Shown: positions 38,207 to 45,514 of the stretch, piece after piece
Layout: the number at the start of each line of letters is the position of its first letter
Numbering within the stretch: the first letter of the stretch is position 1
NCBI GenBank assembly: GCA_045639125.1
Contig: JAZUCL010000010.1
Span: 36,213-100,212 of the forward strand
Reading direction: 5' to 3'
Length of the DNA stretch: 64,000 nt
From: Eubacteriales bacterium
GTDB taxonomy: Bacteria; Bacillota; Clostridia; Oscillospirales; QAMX01
Notes under the pieces: generated by a model
Told to the model about the DNA's origin: nothing
The model's input: the letters and a program-made list of their open reading frames with translations, nothing else
Databases searched by the model: none
Position numbers and translations under genes: made by a program

Positions 38207-39391
38207 TCACTTTTCTAAACTTGCGGCAAGACTTAGAAGTGTGCTTTCGGAAAAATGCTTACCCAACAACTGTACTCCACCACTTACGAGTGCCGGAACA
38301 CCGATAAGGTTTGCAACTGCCGTAAAGACGCTCTCGTCAAACACCTTACTAAATGCTGTGTGAATGTCGTATGCCTCGTATTTCGTATGACTACTGCACG
38401 GCATTAAAACAGCATCGTACTTACTCATCAGTTTTTCAAAGTTCTCCGCAATAACACGACGGACTTTAAGAGATTTCTGATAGCAATCTTTATAACGATT
38501 TTTCGACAACACATCTGAGCCGTATAAAATAACTGCTTTTGTCAGGAAGTTAAAGCCCTCGGTTCTTGTATTTACGTAAAGTTCGTCAATATTTCTGTAA
38601 TTTGCGGTACGATATCCAAACTTTACTCCGTCATAACGAGAGATATTGTTACACGTTTCAGCAGTCATAAGAATTTGCCAAGCGGTATTTGCATTGTCAA
38701 AGAAATCACATGAAATTTCTTCCACTACTACGCCTTTTTCTGCAAGACTCTTAGCATAAGCGGCAATTTTTTTCTTTGTTTCTTCGTCTGCTTTCTCTAC
38801 TAATTCTTTTACAATACAAACTCTCTTTTTGGAAATATCATTAGATATGGAGTAATCGTAAGACTCTGCCTTAAGGCTTGTGCCATCCTTATCGTCATGT
38901 CCTGCAATTACTGTCATTATCTTACTTATTTCCTGTGCATTTTTTGCATATACGCCAACTTGCTCACCGGAAGCCGCACAAGAGATAACTCCGTATCGAG
39001 AAACGGTACCATAGGTGGGCTTTAAGAAATCTACATTGGAGATAGCGGCCGCACGTCTTGGTGCACCATTCATATCTACGCCAAGTGCTCCCTCGACTTC
39101 GCCACTTGATACTAACTCGGCAGCCGCACCTTTAAGGTCATTTTCCTTTTCGCTATAGTAGGAGAACTCACCTACAAGGTCAAGACCAAACTCGCCTACG
39201 TCTGTTTTTCCGGAAATAGTGTAACCGCTGTTTTCAAGACGCACAACTGCCTCTGCACTAAACAGAGGTTTATAACCCTCTAAAATTCGTGAACCTGCAG
39301 TTGCAGTAACACCTTTAACGAGTAAAGTGTCGTCTACTGCAATATTACCTTTATCATTTAATTTTACTGTATAATATTTCACTTCAAACAC
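38207..39391 (-). CDS. GatA-like amidase-signature protein, shortened and lacking both catalytic serines (predicted pseudo-glutaminase)
   Basis: 394 aa versus ~485 for GatA. It aligns by eye to the AS signature: canonical GGSSGGS...GSDTGGSIRQPAA..KPTYG corresponds here to NDLKGAA...GVDMNGAPRRAAA..KPTYG. GTG start 1 nt after the aspS-gatC stop. Confidence 0.75.
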   Translation of the reverse strand: MFEVKYYTVKLNDKGNIAVDDTLLVKGVTATAGSRILEGYKPLFSAEAVVRLENSGYTISGKTDVGEFGLDLVGEFSYYSEKENDLKGAAAELVSSGEVEGALGVDMNGAPRRAAAISNVDFLKPTYGTVSRYGVISCAASGEQVGVYAKNAQEISKIMTVIAGHDDKDGTSLKAESYDYSISNDISKKRVCIVKELVEKADEETKKKIAAYAKSLAEKGVVVEEISCDFFDNANTAWQILMTAETCNNISRYDGVKFGYRTANYRNIDELYVNTRTEGFNFLTKAVILYGSDVLSKNRYKDCYQKSLKVRRVIAENFEKLMSKYDAVLMPCSSHTKYEAYDIHTAFSKVFDESVFTAVANLIGVPALVSGGVQLLGKHFSESTLLSLAASLEK

Positions 39392-39392
39392 C

Positions 39393-41462
39393 TCACTTTA
39401 CGAGTCTTGGAACCTGCCAACTGTCCTCACTGCGTTCAGGAGCACCTTCAAGAAGACTGTCACGGCTGAAAGGCTGTTTACGCTCATCTTCACGCAGTAC
39501 GTTGGTCATAGGCATAACGTGTACCATTTCTTCCACGTTTTCCGTATCTATACTCTTAAGTTTAGACTCGTGTTCACTCATAGTCTTGAAAATATCCTGC
39601 ATAACAGTCTCCTCACTCTCTGTTAAAGAGATTTGGTTTAACTGTTGGTCGTTGGAGAATGTTGCACGTTTCATCTGTGCCTTAGTTGCATTTGGAGTTG
39701 AACGACCTGCCAATGCATTCGTATTACCAAGAAGATGGACGTCCTCAAGTTGTTGGTTTGTAACTTCACTCGGTGCACCAAGAAGCAAGTCTTGTGCGTT
39801 ACCGTTGAGTGGGAATGCGATTATTTCGAGAATTTTTTCCTCATCGGTAAGAAGCATTACCATTCTGTCGATACCAGGTGCCATACCTGCGTGAGGCGGT
39901 GCACCAAACTGGAATGCAGTATAAAGAGCGTTGAATCGAGCCTTTAATTCGTCCTCGTTATATCCTGCAATAGCAAATGCCTTCTTCATAATATCAATGC
40001 TATGGTTTCTTACAGCACCAGATGCCAACTCAATACCATTACAAACAAGGTCATACTGGTACGCCAAAACTTCCGTAGGATCCTTTGTCAGAAGTGCTTC
40101 CATACCGCCTTGTGGCATTGAGAATGGGTTGTGGGTGAAAATCGTTTCACCTGTCTCCTCGTCAATCTCATACATTGGGAAATCTACCACGAAGCAGAAC
40201 TCAAAAGCATCATCTGTGATTAGGTTAAGTTGTTCTTTCCTTGCAAGCCATGTGCGGATAAGTCCTGCCTTTTTCTCTGTATCGTTTTTCTTATCGTCGC
40301 AGATGAAGAACAGAGTTTCCCCTTCCTTAACACCTGTAATCTCTTGAATTTCTATCTTTTGAGCATCAGTTAAAAACTTTGCAATAGGTCCTGCAAACAC
40401 ACCTTCTTTAAGAGTGATGTATCCAAGACCGCCAAGACCAACATCCTGAGATGTTGCATACTTGAGAGAGTCCTCAAAAAACTTCTTGGACTTACCTGTA
40501 CAATCAGCAACGATACCTCTTACAGGCTTTCCCTTAAACGCAGGGAATGCAACACCTGAGAAAAAGTCAGTAAGGTCGCAAATGAGAAGTGGGTTTCTAA
40601 GGTCAGGCTTATCTGAGCCGTATGTCATCATCGCATCTGCATAAGTGATACGGCGGAAAGGCTTTGGGGTTATCTTCTTATCTGAGAACGTCTTGAATGT
40701 GTCATAAATAACGTCCTCACATATATCAAGAACTTCTTCCTGAGTTGCAAATGCCATTTCAAAGTCAAGTTGATAGAACTCACCGGGTGAACGGTCAGCA
40801 CGTGCATCTTCATCTCTAAAGCATGGTGCAACTTGGAAATATCTGTCAAATCCAGACACCATAAGAAGTTGCTTAAACTGCTGAGGTGCTTGGGGCAACG
40901 CATAGAATTTTCCCGGATGTTTACGGCTTGGTACAAGGAAATCTCTTGCACCCTCCGGAGATGATGCAGACAAAATAGGTGTTTGCATTTCAAGGAAATT
41001 CTTATCCTCCATCTTATTACGAAGATGACGGATAATCTTTGAACGCATTACAAGATTGTTATGGTTTTTCGGGTTTCTAAGGTCAAGATAACGATACTTA
41101 AGACGAAGTTCGTCTTTGTTTGCTCTTGACGTTCTCACATCAAAAGGAAGCATATTGAGGCTCTTACCCAACACTTCAAGTTCAGTTGCCACAAGTTCAA
41201 CATTACCTGTATCAATTTTTGTGTTTACAGTTTCCTCGTCTCTTTTTTCAACAACACCGCTTACAGATATAACTGTTTCACGGTTTACATTTTTCAAAAG
41301 TTCTTCATTGTGTACAACAACCTGCGTTACACCTGTATAGTCACGCAAGTCGATGAATATGACACCGCCATGGTCACGAACAACTTCAACCCAACCTGCA
41401 AGTTGGACAGTTTTTCCGATATGCTCATCACGGATGTCATTGCAGAATAAAGTTCTATACAT
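39393..41462 (-). CDS. aspS: Aspartyl-tRNA synthetase (bacterial type with GAD insertion) fused in frame to a C-terminal GatC domain
   Basis: Start at ATG 41462 (MYRTLFCNDIRDEHIGK) after AGGAGG. Class-II motifs FRDED and GAPPHAGMAPGIDR. The last ~93 aa (39396-39674) read as GatC (VHVMPMTNVLREDE...APERSEDSWQVPRLV). No stop between the two parts. Confidence 0.85.
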   Translation of the reverse strand: MYRTLFCNDIRDEHIGKTVQLAGWVEVVRDHGGVIFIDLRDYTGVTQVVVHNEELLKNVNRETVISVSGVVEKRDEETVNTKIDTGNVELVATELEVLGKSLNMLPFDVRTSRANKDELRLKYRYLDLRNPKNHNNLVMRSKIIRHLRNKMEDKNFLEMQTPILSASSPEGARDFLVPSRKHPGKFYALPQAPQQFKQLLMVSGFDRYFQVAPCFRDEDARADRSPGEFYQLDFEMAFATQEEVLDICEDVIYDTFKTFSDKKITPKPFRRITYADAMMTYGSDKPDLRNPLLICDLTDFFSGVAFPAFKGKPVRGIVADCTGKSKKFFEDSLKYATSQDVGLGGLGYITLKEGVFAGPIAKFLTDAQKIEIQEITGVKEGETLFFICDDKKNDTEKKAGLIRTWLARKEQLNLITDDAFEFCFVVDFPMYEIDEETGETIFTHNPFSMPQGGMEALLTKDPTEVLAYQYDLVCNGIELASGAVRNHSIDIMKKAFAIAGYNEDELKARFNALYTAFQFGAPPHAGMAPGIDRMVMLLTDEEKILEIIAFPLNGNAQDLLLGAPSEVTNQQLEDVHLLGNTNALAGRSTPNATKAQMKRATFSNDQQLNQISLTESEETVMQDIFKTMSEHESKLKSIDTENVEEMVHVMPMTNVLREDERKQPFSRDSLLEGAPERSEDSWQVPRLVK

Positions 41463-41750
41463 ACCAAGTCCTCCTAAATATGCCAAAAAATATAAAAATC
41501 CCGAGAATACAAAACATATTCTCGGGACGAGCAAACAAAAATAAGCCCGCGGTGCCACCCGCATTGATACTTCAAAAGTATCCTCTTTAACTGTTTAATT
41601 GTTGATTATCGGAGTGTTGTCAAACTTACTACTCATCTCAAATGTGCTTTCAGTCCATGGCACATTCTCCCTAACAGACTTTCCAAAAAAGTTGAGTCTC
41701 CAACTACAAATAATACTAAAAGGATAACACTAATCGCTCTATTTGTCAAT
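41463..41750 (-). promoter_or_regulatory. T-box riboswitch leader of the aspS-gat operon
   Basis: Minus strand: T-box sequence AAUGCGGGUGGCACCGCGGG (41565-41547), then a terminator CCCGAGAAUA-7 nt-UAUUCUCGGG + U-run (41526-41490). The terminator's 5' arm can alternatively pair into the antiterminator. Upstream lie AGGGAGA and CUGAAAGC elements resembling the stem-I AG bulge and distal loop. Candidate promoter TTGACA 41749-41744. Confidence 0.8.
41490..41526 (-). terminator. T-box attenuator terminator
   Basis: 10-bp perfect stem (41500-41509 / 41517-41526) followed on the minus strand by AUUUUUAUAUUUUUU. Confidence 0.8.
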
Positions 41751-41979
41751 ATATTTGCAAATATTTTTGTTTGGTTGTTTTGTAAAAAATCGTAGCAGTT
41801 AAAGGAACATAATCCATTTTTCTTATATAGTATTCTGTTTACTATTATTCCTTTCAATGCAGGAACTATACTAAAAATACACCTTTACTCTAACAAAACA
41901 AAAAAATTAGTAAACACCCTATATGCAGTATTGTTGAAAAACAATTTCCTATATTTTGTGTTTTTATATGAAAAAACTC

Positions 41980-42008
41980 TTGTATAAACGGATGTGTTGT
42001 GGTAAAAT
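41980..42008 (+). promoter_or_regulatory. Candidate promoter for the TIM-barrel/SLH gene pair
   Basis: TTGTAT (41980-41985), 17-nt spacer, TGG-TAAAAT (42003-42008). Confidence 0.45.
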
Positions 42009-42052
42009 ATGAAATGTGTTTAGGAAGGTACGTATTAAGAAAGGATAATGAA

Positions 42053-42772
42053 ATGTATAAATTCAGTATTGCACCATCGGACTATCTTGCTCCGAGTTTT
42101 GAGAACAAACTCAATATGTGTGACCGACTTGGCTGTGTCTATGTAGAGATTTTGGATCATATAAAAGGTCGTTTTCTCGGTGATATGAGCGGTGACGAAG
42201 TTGAGGATATGCGTAATCTTTTAATTGACTACGGTAAGTCAATCTCCCTTATCACATACGCTTCTCCCCTTGCCGATGAGGAAAGATTCGAAAAACTTTT
42301 GCGTGTTGCCCACACACTTCATACAAAAGCAATCAAACTTAATTGCGACGGATACAACGATATGTCTCTGCTCTGTACAGACATCAATCGTTGTGCATCG
42401 TTGGCACAAAAATACGGCATCTGTGTCTGTGCAGAGAATAAGCACAACTCTCTTCTTTCCGATTTGGAATCTGTTGTTACCCCGCAAATTGCCGCAATAC
42501 TCAATCCCTTTGAGTATATTCTGGCATCTGAAAACCCGCTCTCCCACAAGTTAAATAACACGATGTTTCTTCGTGTAAATGACGGCTTATATTTGGAAAA
42601 AGAGCCGACAATGCCGGGAAAAGGTAATGGTGAGGTCAAAATACTCACATCACGACTTCTTGAAGACTCCTATGACGGATTTTTCTCATTCACCGATTAT
42701 GTGGGTACTATGTGCTGGGCAGACCTTATGGAGTATGTGTCATTATTCCGTGATATGCTTAAAAGTATGTAG
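42053..42772 (+). CDS. Putative sugar-phosphate isomerase/epimerase (xylose-isomerase-like TIM barrel)
   Basis: Start at ATG 42053 after AAAGGA. The pattern ...KAIKLNC..., ICVCAENKHNS, GKGNGEVKILTSRLLEDSYDGFFSF resembles the AP_endonuc_2 / TIM-barrel family. Assignment is tentative. Confidence 0.5.
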   Translation: MYKFSIAPSDYLAPSFENKLNMCDRLGCVYVEILDHIKGRFLGDMSGDEVEDMRNLLIDYGKSISLITYASPLADEERFEKLLRVAHTLHTKAIKLNCDGYNDMSLLCTDINRCASLAQKYGICVCAENKHNSLLSDLESVVTPQIAAILNPFEYILASENPLSHKLNNTMFLRVNDGLYLEKEPTMPGKGNGEVKILTSRLLEDSYDGFFSFTDYVGTMCWADLMEYVSLFRDMLKSM

Positions 42773-42775
42773 GGG

Positions 42776-43690
42776 GTGAATGTAACGAACAATTCAAAAA
42801 ACTTCTCATTTACTGATATTTCTAACCACCCACTTGCTACACATATTACGCAAGCGGCTTCCCTTTCATTACTAAACGGCTATCCCGACAAAACATTTCG
42901 TCCTGACAATGCGGTTACAAGAGCCGAATTTGTCGCTATGACAAATCGTTGTCTTGGTATAAGTGGTTGTGCTACAGTACCATTTACCGATGTTCCCGAA
43001 GACGCATGGTATCACATCGAAGTTGAAAAGGCTTTGTCTATTGGATATATCCACGGCACTTCCAATACGACATTTTCACCCAACGATTATATAACTCGTG
43101 GTCAGGTAGCAACAATTCTTTGTCGTATAGTCGGCGGTAAATATACATTCTGTGGCTACCATGACGCAGAAAATGTACCTGCATGGATGAAAGATGGTCT
43201 ATGCTATGCGTGGACAAGTGGCGTGTTTTCCTCAATTTGCCAAACTGACAACCTGTTTTCCATTGATAAAATTATGACTCGTGGTGAGTGTGCGGCTGTC
43301 ATTACGGCATTTTATAAGTCCCTAAATCGCTTCCCTATCTTCTTGACGTTATGTGAAAAAAGTGATAAGGAGATATCTTTCGATTCCCCCTTTTATATCT
43401 ACTTTACCATTTCAGGTAAGAATCTTTTTTCTCACCTTCTTAAAAAATGTCAAGAGGATGTAGCCTTTAGCGAATTATCAGAGAGTGTACGTGTTGACTT
43501 ATGTGTATCAAATGACTTGACAGTTACCGACAAAGAGGTTTTTGAGGCCGACGAGAATTACGTCTATATTCGTCTTACTCTACGTCAGGTGTCAAAGGGA
43601 GATGCTTCTTTGGTCATTTCAATTAAGCCGACAGACACTAATACCTACAACGTATCCGACTCTCATCAAGCGTTAAACTTCAAATTCTAA
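42776..43690 (+). CDS. Protein with three N-terminal SLH repeats, no signal peptide, and a ~130-aa unknown C-terminal domain
   Basis: GTG start 4 nt after the upstream stop. The frame is closed by TAG at 42770-42772, so no longer N-terminus is possible. SLH repeats FTDISNHPLATH...TRAEFVAM, FTDVPEDAWYH...TRGQVATILCRIVG, YHDAENVPAWM...TRGECAAVITAFY. Confidence 0.7.
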   Translation: MNVTNNSKNFSFTDISNHPLATHITQAASLSLLNGYPDKTFRPDNAVTRAEFVAMTNRCLGISGCATVPFTDVPEDAWYHIEVEKALSIGYIHGTSNTTFSPNDYITRGQVATILCRIVGGKYTFCGYHDAENVPAWMKDGLCYAWTSGVFSSICQTDNLFSIDKIMTRGECAAVITAFYKSLNRFPIFLTLCEKSDKEISFDSPFYIYFTISGKNLFSHLLKKCQEDVAFSELSESVRVDLCVSNDLTVTDKEVFEADENYVYIRLTLRQVSKGDASLVISIKPTDTNTYNVSDSHQALNFKF

Positions 43691-43700
43691 TTTATAACAG

Positions 43701-43734
43701 ACAAACGGAGATGTGACTTCACATCTCCGTTTGT
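43701..43734. terminator. Bidirectional terminator
   Basis: 15-bp perfect inverted repeat ACAAACGGAGATGTG / CACATCTCCGTTTGT with a 4-nt loop, between convergent genes. Confidence 0.7.
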
Positions 43735-43782
43735 TATCTTCAAAAGCATTCTCTTTATTATAGAATATTTTACCAAAACCAA

Positions 43783-44055
43783 TTAAATTAAAAATTTAAT
43801 ATGTACCCAAAATATAAGAGCAGTTTCAATAATGACTATGGCAGGTATTCCCCACGTGAAACTGCGGTGTTTCGTCTTGTGATGCCAACAATACATTCCT
43901 GCAAGACAGCCTAATCCTCCCCCTAAATATGCCAAAGTAAATAATGTTCTTTCAGGAATACGTCGTTTGTTACACTTGGCATAAGATTTATCCACACCAA
44001 ACATAACAAATGATAAAAAATTTATCGCTACCAAATAAATAAAAACATTCTTCAT
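43783..44055 (-). CDS. DUF1294-family small membrane protein
   Basis: 90 aa; GVDKSYAK...RRIPERTLF..LGGGLGCLAGMYCWHHKTKHRSF pattern. Confidence 0.6.
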   Translation of the reverse strand: MKNVFIYLVAINFLSFVMFGVDKSYAKCNKRRIPERTLFTLAYLGGGLGCLAGMYCWHHKTKHRSFTWGIPAIVIIETALIFWVHIKFLI

Positions 44056-44147
44056 TTACGCTGCCTCCGAAACATTATGTCAACAATAGTTTACCATAGC
44101 CTAAAATAATGTCAAGTGGCTTAAAATTACAATTTATGTTTTTCCCA

Positions 44148-44176
44148 TTGAATTTTTAAGAGTATTGTATTATAAT
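44148..44176 (+). promoter_or_regulatory. Promoter for the DAHP synthase gene
   Basis: TTGAAT (44148-44153), 17-nt spacer, TATAAT (44171-44176). Confidence 0.5.
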
Positions 44177-44211
44177 TACTGCGGATACCCGTGAAGAAAG
44201 GCGATATAACT

Positions 44212-45246
44212 ATGGATATGAATATGAATTTAATTCGCCAACTCCCAAGCCCTGAAATGATTAAGGCAGCATATCCGCTACCCAAGTCACTTGTAACTGT
44301 AAAAAAGGAGCGGGACGAGGCTATAAAGGCAATTTTGTCTGGAAATGACAACCGTATGCTGTTAATTATTGGCCCATGCTCTGCAGACCGTGAAGATGCG
44401 GTACTTGAATATATTTCCAAACTTGTGCCTGTACAGGAAAAGGTGTCGGATAAATTTCTCATCATTCCTCGTATTTATACTAATAAGCCACGTACTACCG
44501 GTGACGGATACAAGGGAATTGCTACTCAACCTGACCCAACGGAGCAAGCGGATATGGTTAAGGGCATGATGTCTGTGCGTGAACTTCATACAAAAGCATT
44601 CACTGAAACAGGTTTCACATGTGCTGACGAAATGCTTTATCCTGAAAATCACAGTTATTTAAGTGACTTGTTGGCATACGTAACTGTCGGTGCACGTTCT
44701 GTTGAAAATCAGCAACACCGTCTTGTAGCAAGCGGCATCAATATTCCTGTTGGTATGAAAAATCCTACATCAGGCGACTACGGCGTTATGCTCAACTCAA
44801 TTACCGCCGCACAGCACCCCCATACTTTTTCATATCGAGGCTGGGAAGTAGAAACTCCCGGCAATCCCCTCACCCACGCAATTTTACGAGGATACGTAAA
44901 TAAGCATGGTCAGTCACATCCTAACTATCATTATGAAGATTTGGAACTTCTCCGTAAGATGTATGCCGAGCGAAATCTCAACAACTGTTGTGTCATTTGC
45001 GATACAAACCACTCAAATTCAGGCAAGGACTACTTAGCACAAATACGTATAGCAAAAGAAATACTTCACAGTTGCCGTATAGCAAGTGAAATCCGTACAC
45101 TTGTGAAAGGTCTGATGGTTGAAAGTTATTTGGAAGATGGTGCACAGAAAATCGGTGACGGAATTTACGGAAAATCAATCACCGACCCTTGTCTTGGTTG
45201 GGATAAAACTGAGCGTCTAATTTACGAACTTGCAGATTTATTGTAA
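44212..45246 (+). CDS. 3-deoxy-7-phosphoheptulonate (DAHP) synthase, class I
   Basis: LLIIGPCSADREDAVLEY, IPRIYTNKPRTT, KNPTSGD. Start set at ATG 44212, since the track GTG 44191 would sit ~8 nt from the predicted transcription start. Confidence 0.8.
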   Translation: MDMNMNLIRQLPSPEMIKAAYPLPKSLVTVKKERDEAIKAILSGNDNRMLLIIGPCSADREDAVLEYISKLVPVQEKVSDKFLIIPRIYTNKPRTTGDGYKGIATQPDPTEQADMVKGMMSVRELHTKAFTETGFTCADEMLYPENHSYLSDLLAYVTVGARSVENQQHRLVASGINIPVGMKNPTSGDYGVMLNSITAAQHPHTFSYRGWEVETPGNPLTHAILRGYVNKHGQSHPNYHYEDLELLRKMYAERNLNNCCVICDTNHSNSGKDYLAQIRIAKEILHSCRIASEIRTLVKGLMVESYLEDGAQKIGDGIYGKSITDPCLGWDKTERLIYELADLL

Positions 45247-45281
45247 AATTATAAGAAAAGATAATTTAGTTGCACTAAAAA

Positions 45282-45317
45282 GCGATGCGTTTTTTAAGAA
45301 AAACGTATCGTTTTTTT
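45282..45317 (+). terminator. Intrinsic terminator after the DAHP synthase gene
   Basis: Hairpin CGATGCGTTTTT / AAAAACGTATCG (one G-U pair) followed by TTTTTTT. Confidence 0.6.
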
Positions 45318-45442
45318 AATCATTATTACATAGCAAATACAAGTACTACTCATTTTTGCCAAAAAAGCAACCATAAAGGGTATTTTTAGACAATCTTCCT
45401 ACTTTTTGCACCTCAAAACTGTTGATTACAGCAAATCGACAC

Positions 45443-45471
45443 TTGACATAAGGATAAACTTTCTGTATAAT
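45443..45471 (+). promoter_or_regulatory. Perfect-consensus sigma-A promoter for the PHP histidinol phosphatase gene
   Basis: TTGACA (45443-45448), 17-nt spacer, TATAAT (45466-45471). Confidence 0.65.
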
Positions 45472-45514
45472 ACTTTAAGTAATATTAACACAAATATTTT
45501 TGTAAAAGGAGGTT

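Noticed and set aside
41605-41618. Firm assignment of the T-box specifier as Asn (AAC) or Asp (GAC)
   Set aside because: I could not fold stem I convincingly by hand. Both triplets are adjacent and the UGGC bulge fits either tRNA, so this is reported only as a hypothesis favouring AAC.
41633-41857. 74-aa minus-strand ORF upstream of aspS
   Set aside because: It overlaps the T-box leader and promoter region, which explains the sequence better. No RBS.
44127-44465. 112-aa minus-strand ORF overlapping the DAHP synthase start
   Set aside because: It is antisense to a well-supported gene and its promoter. No start signals.
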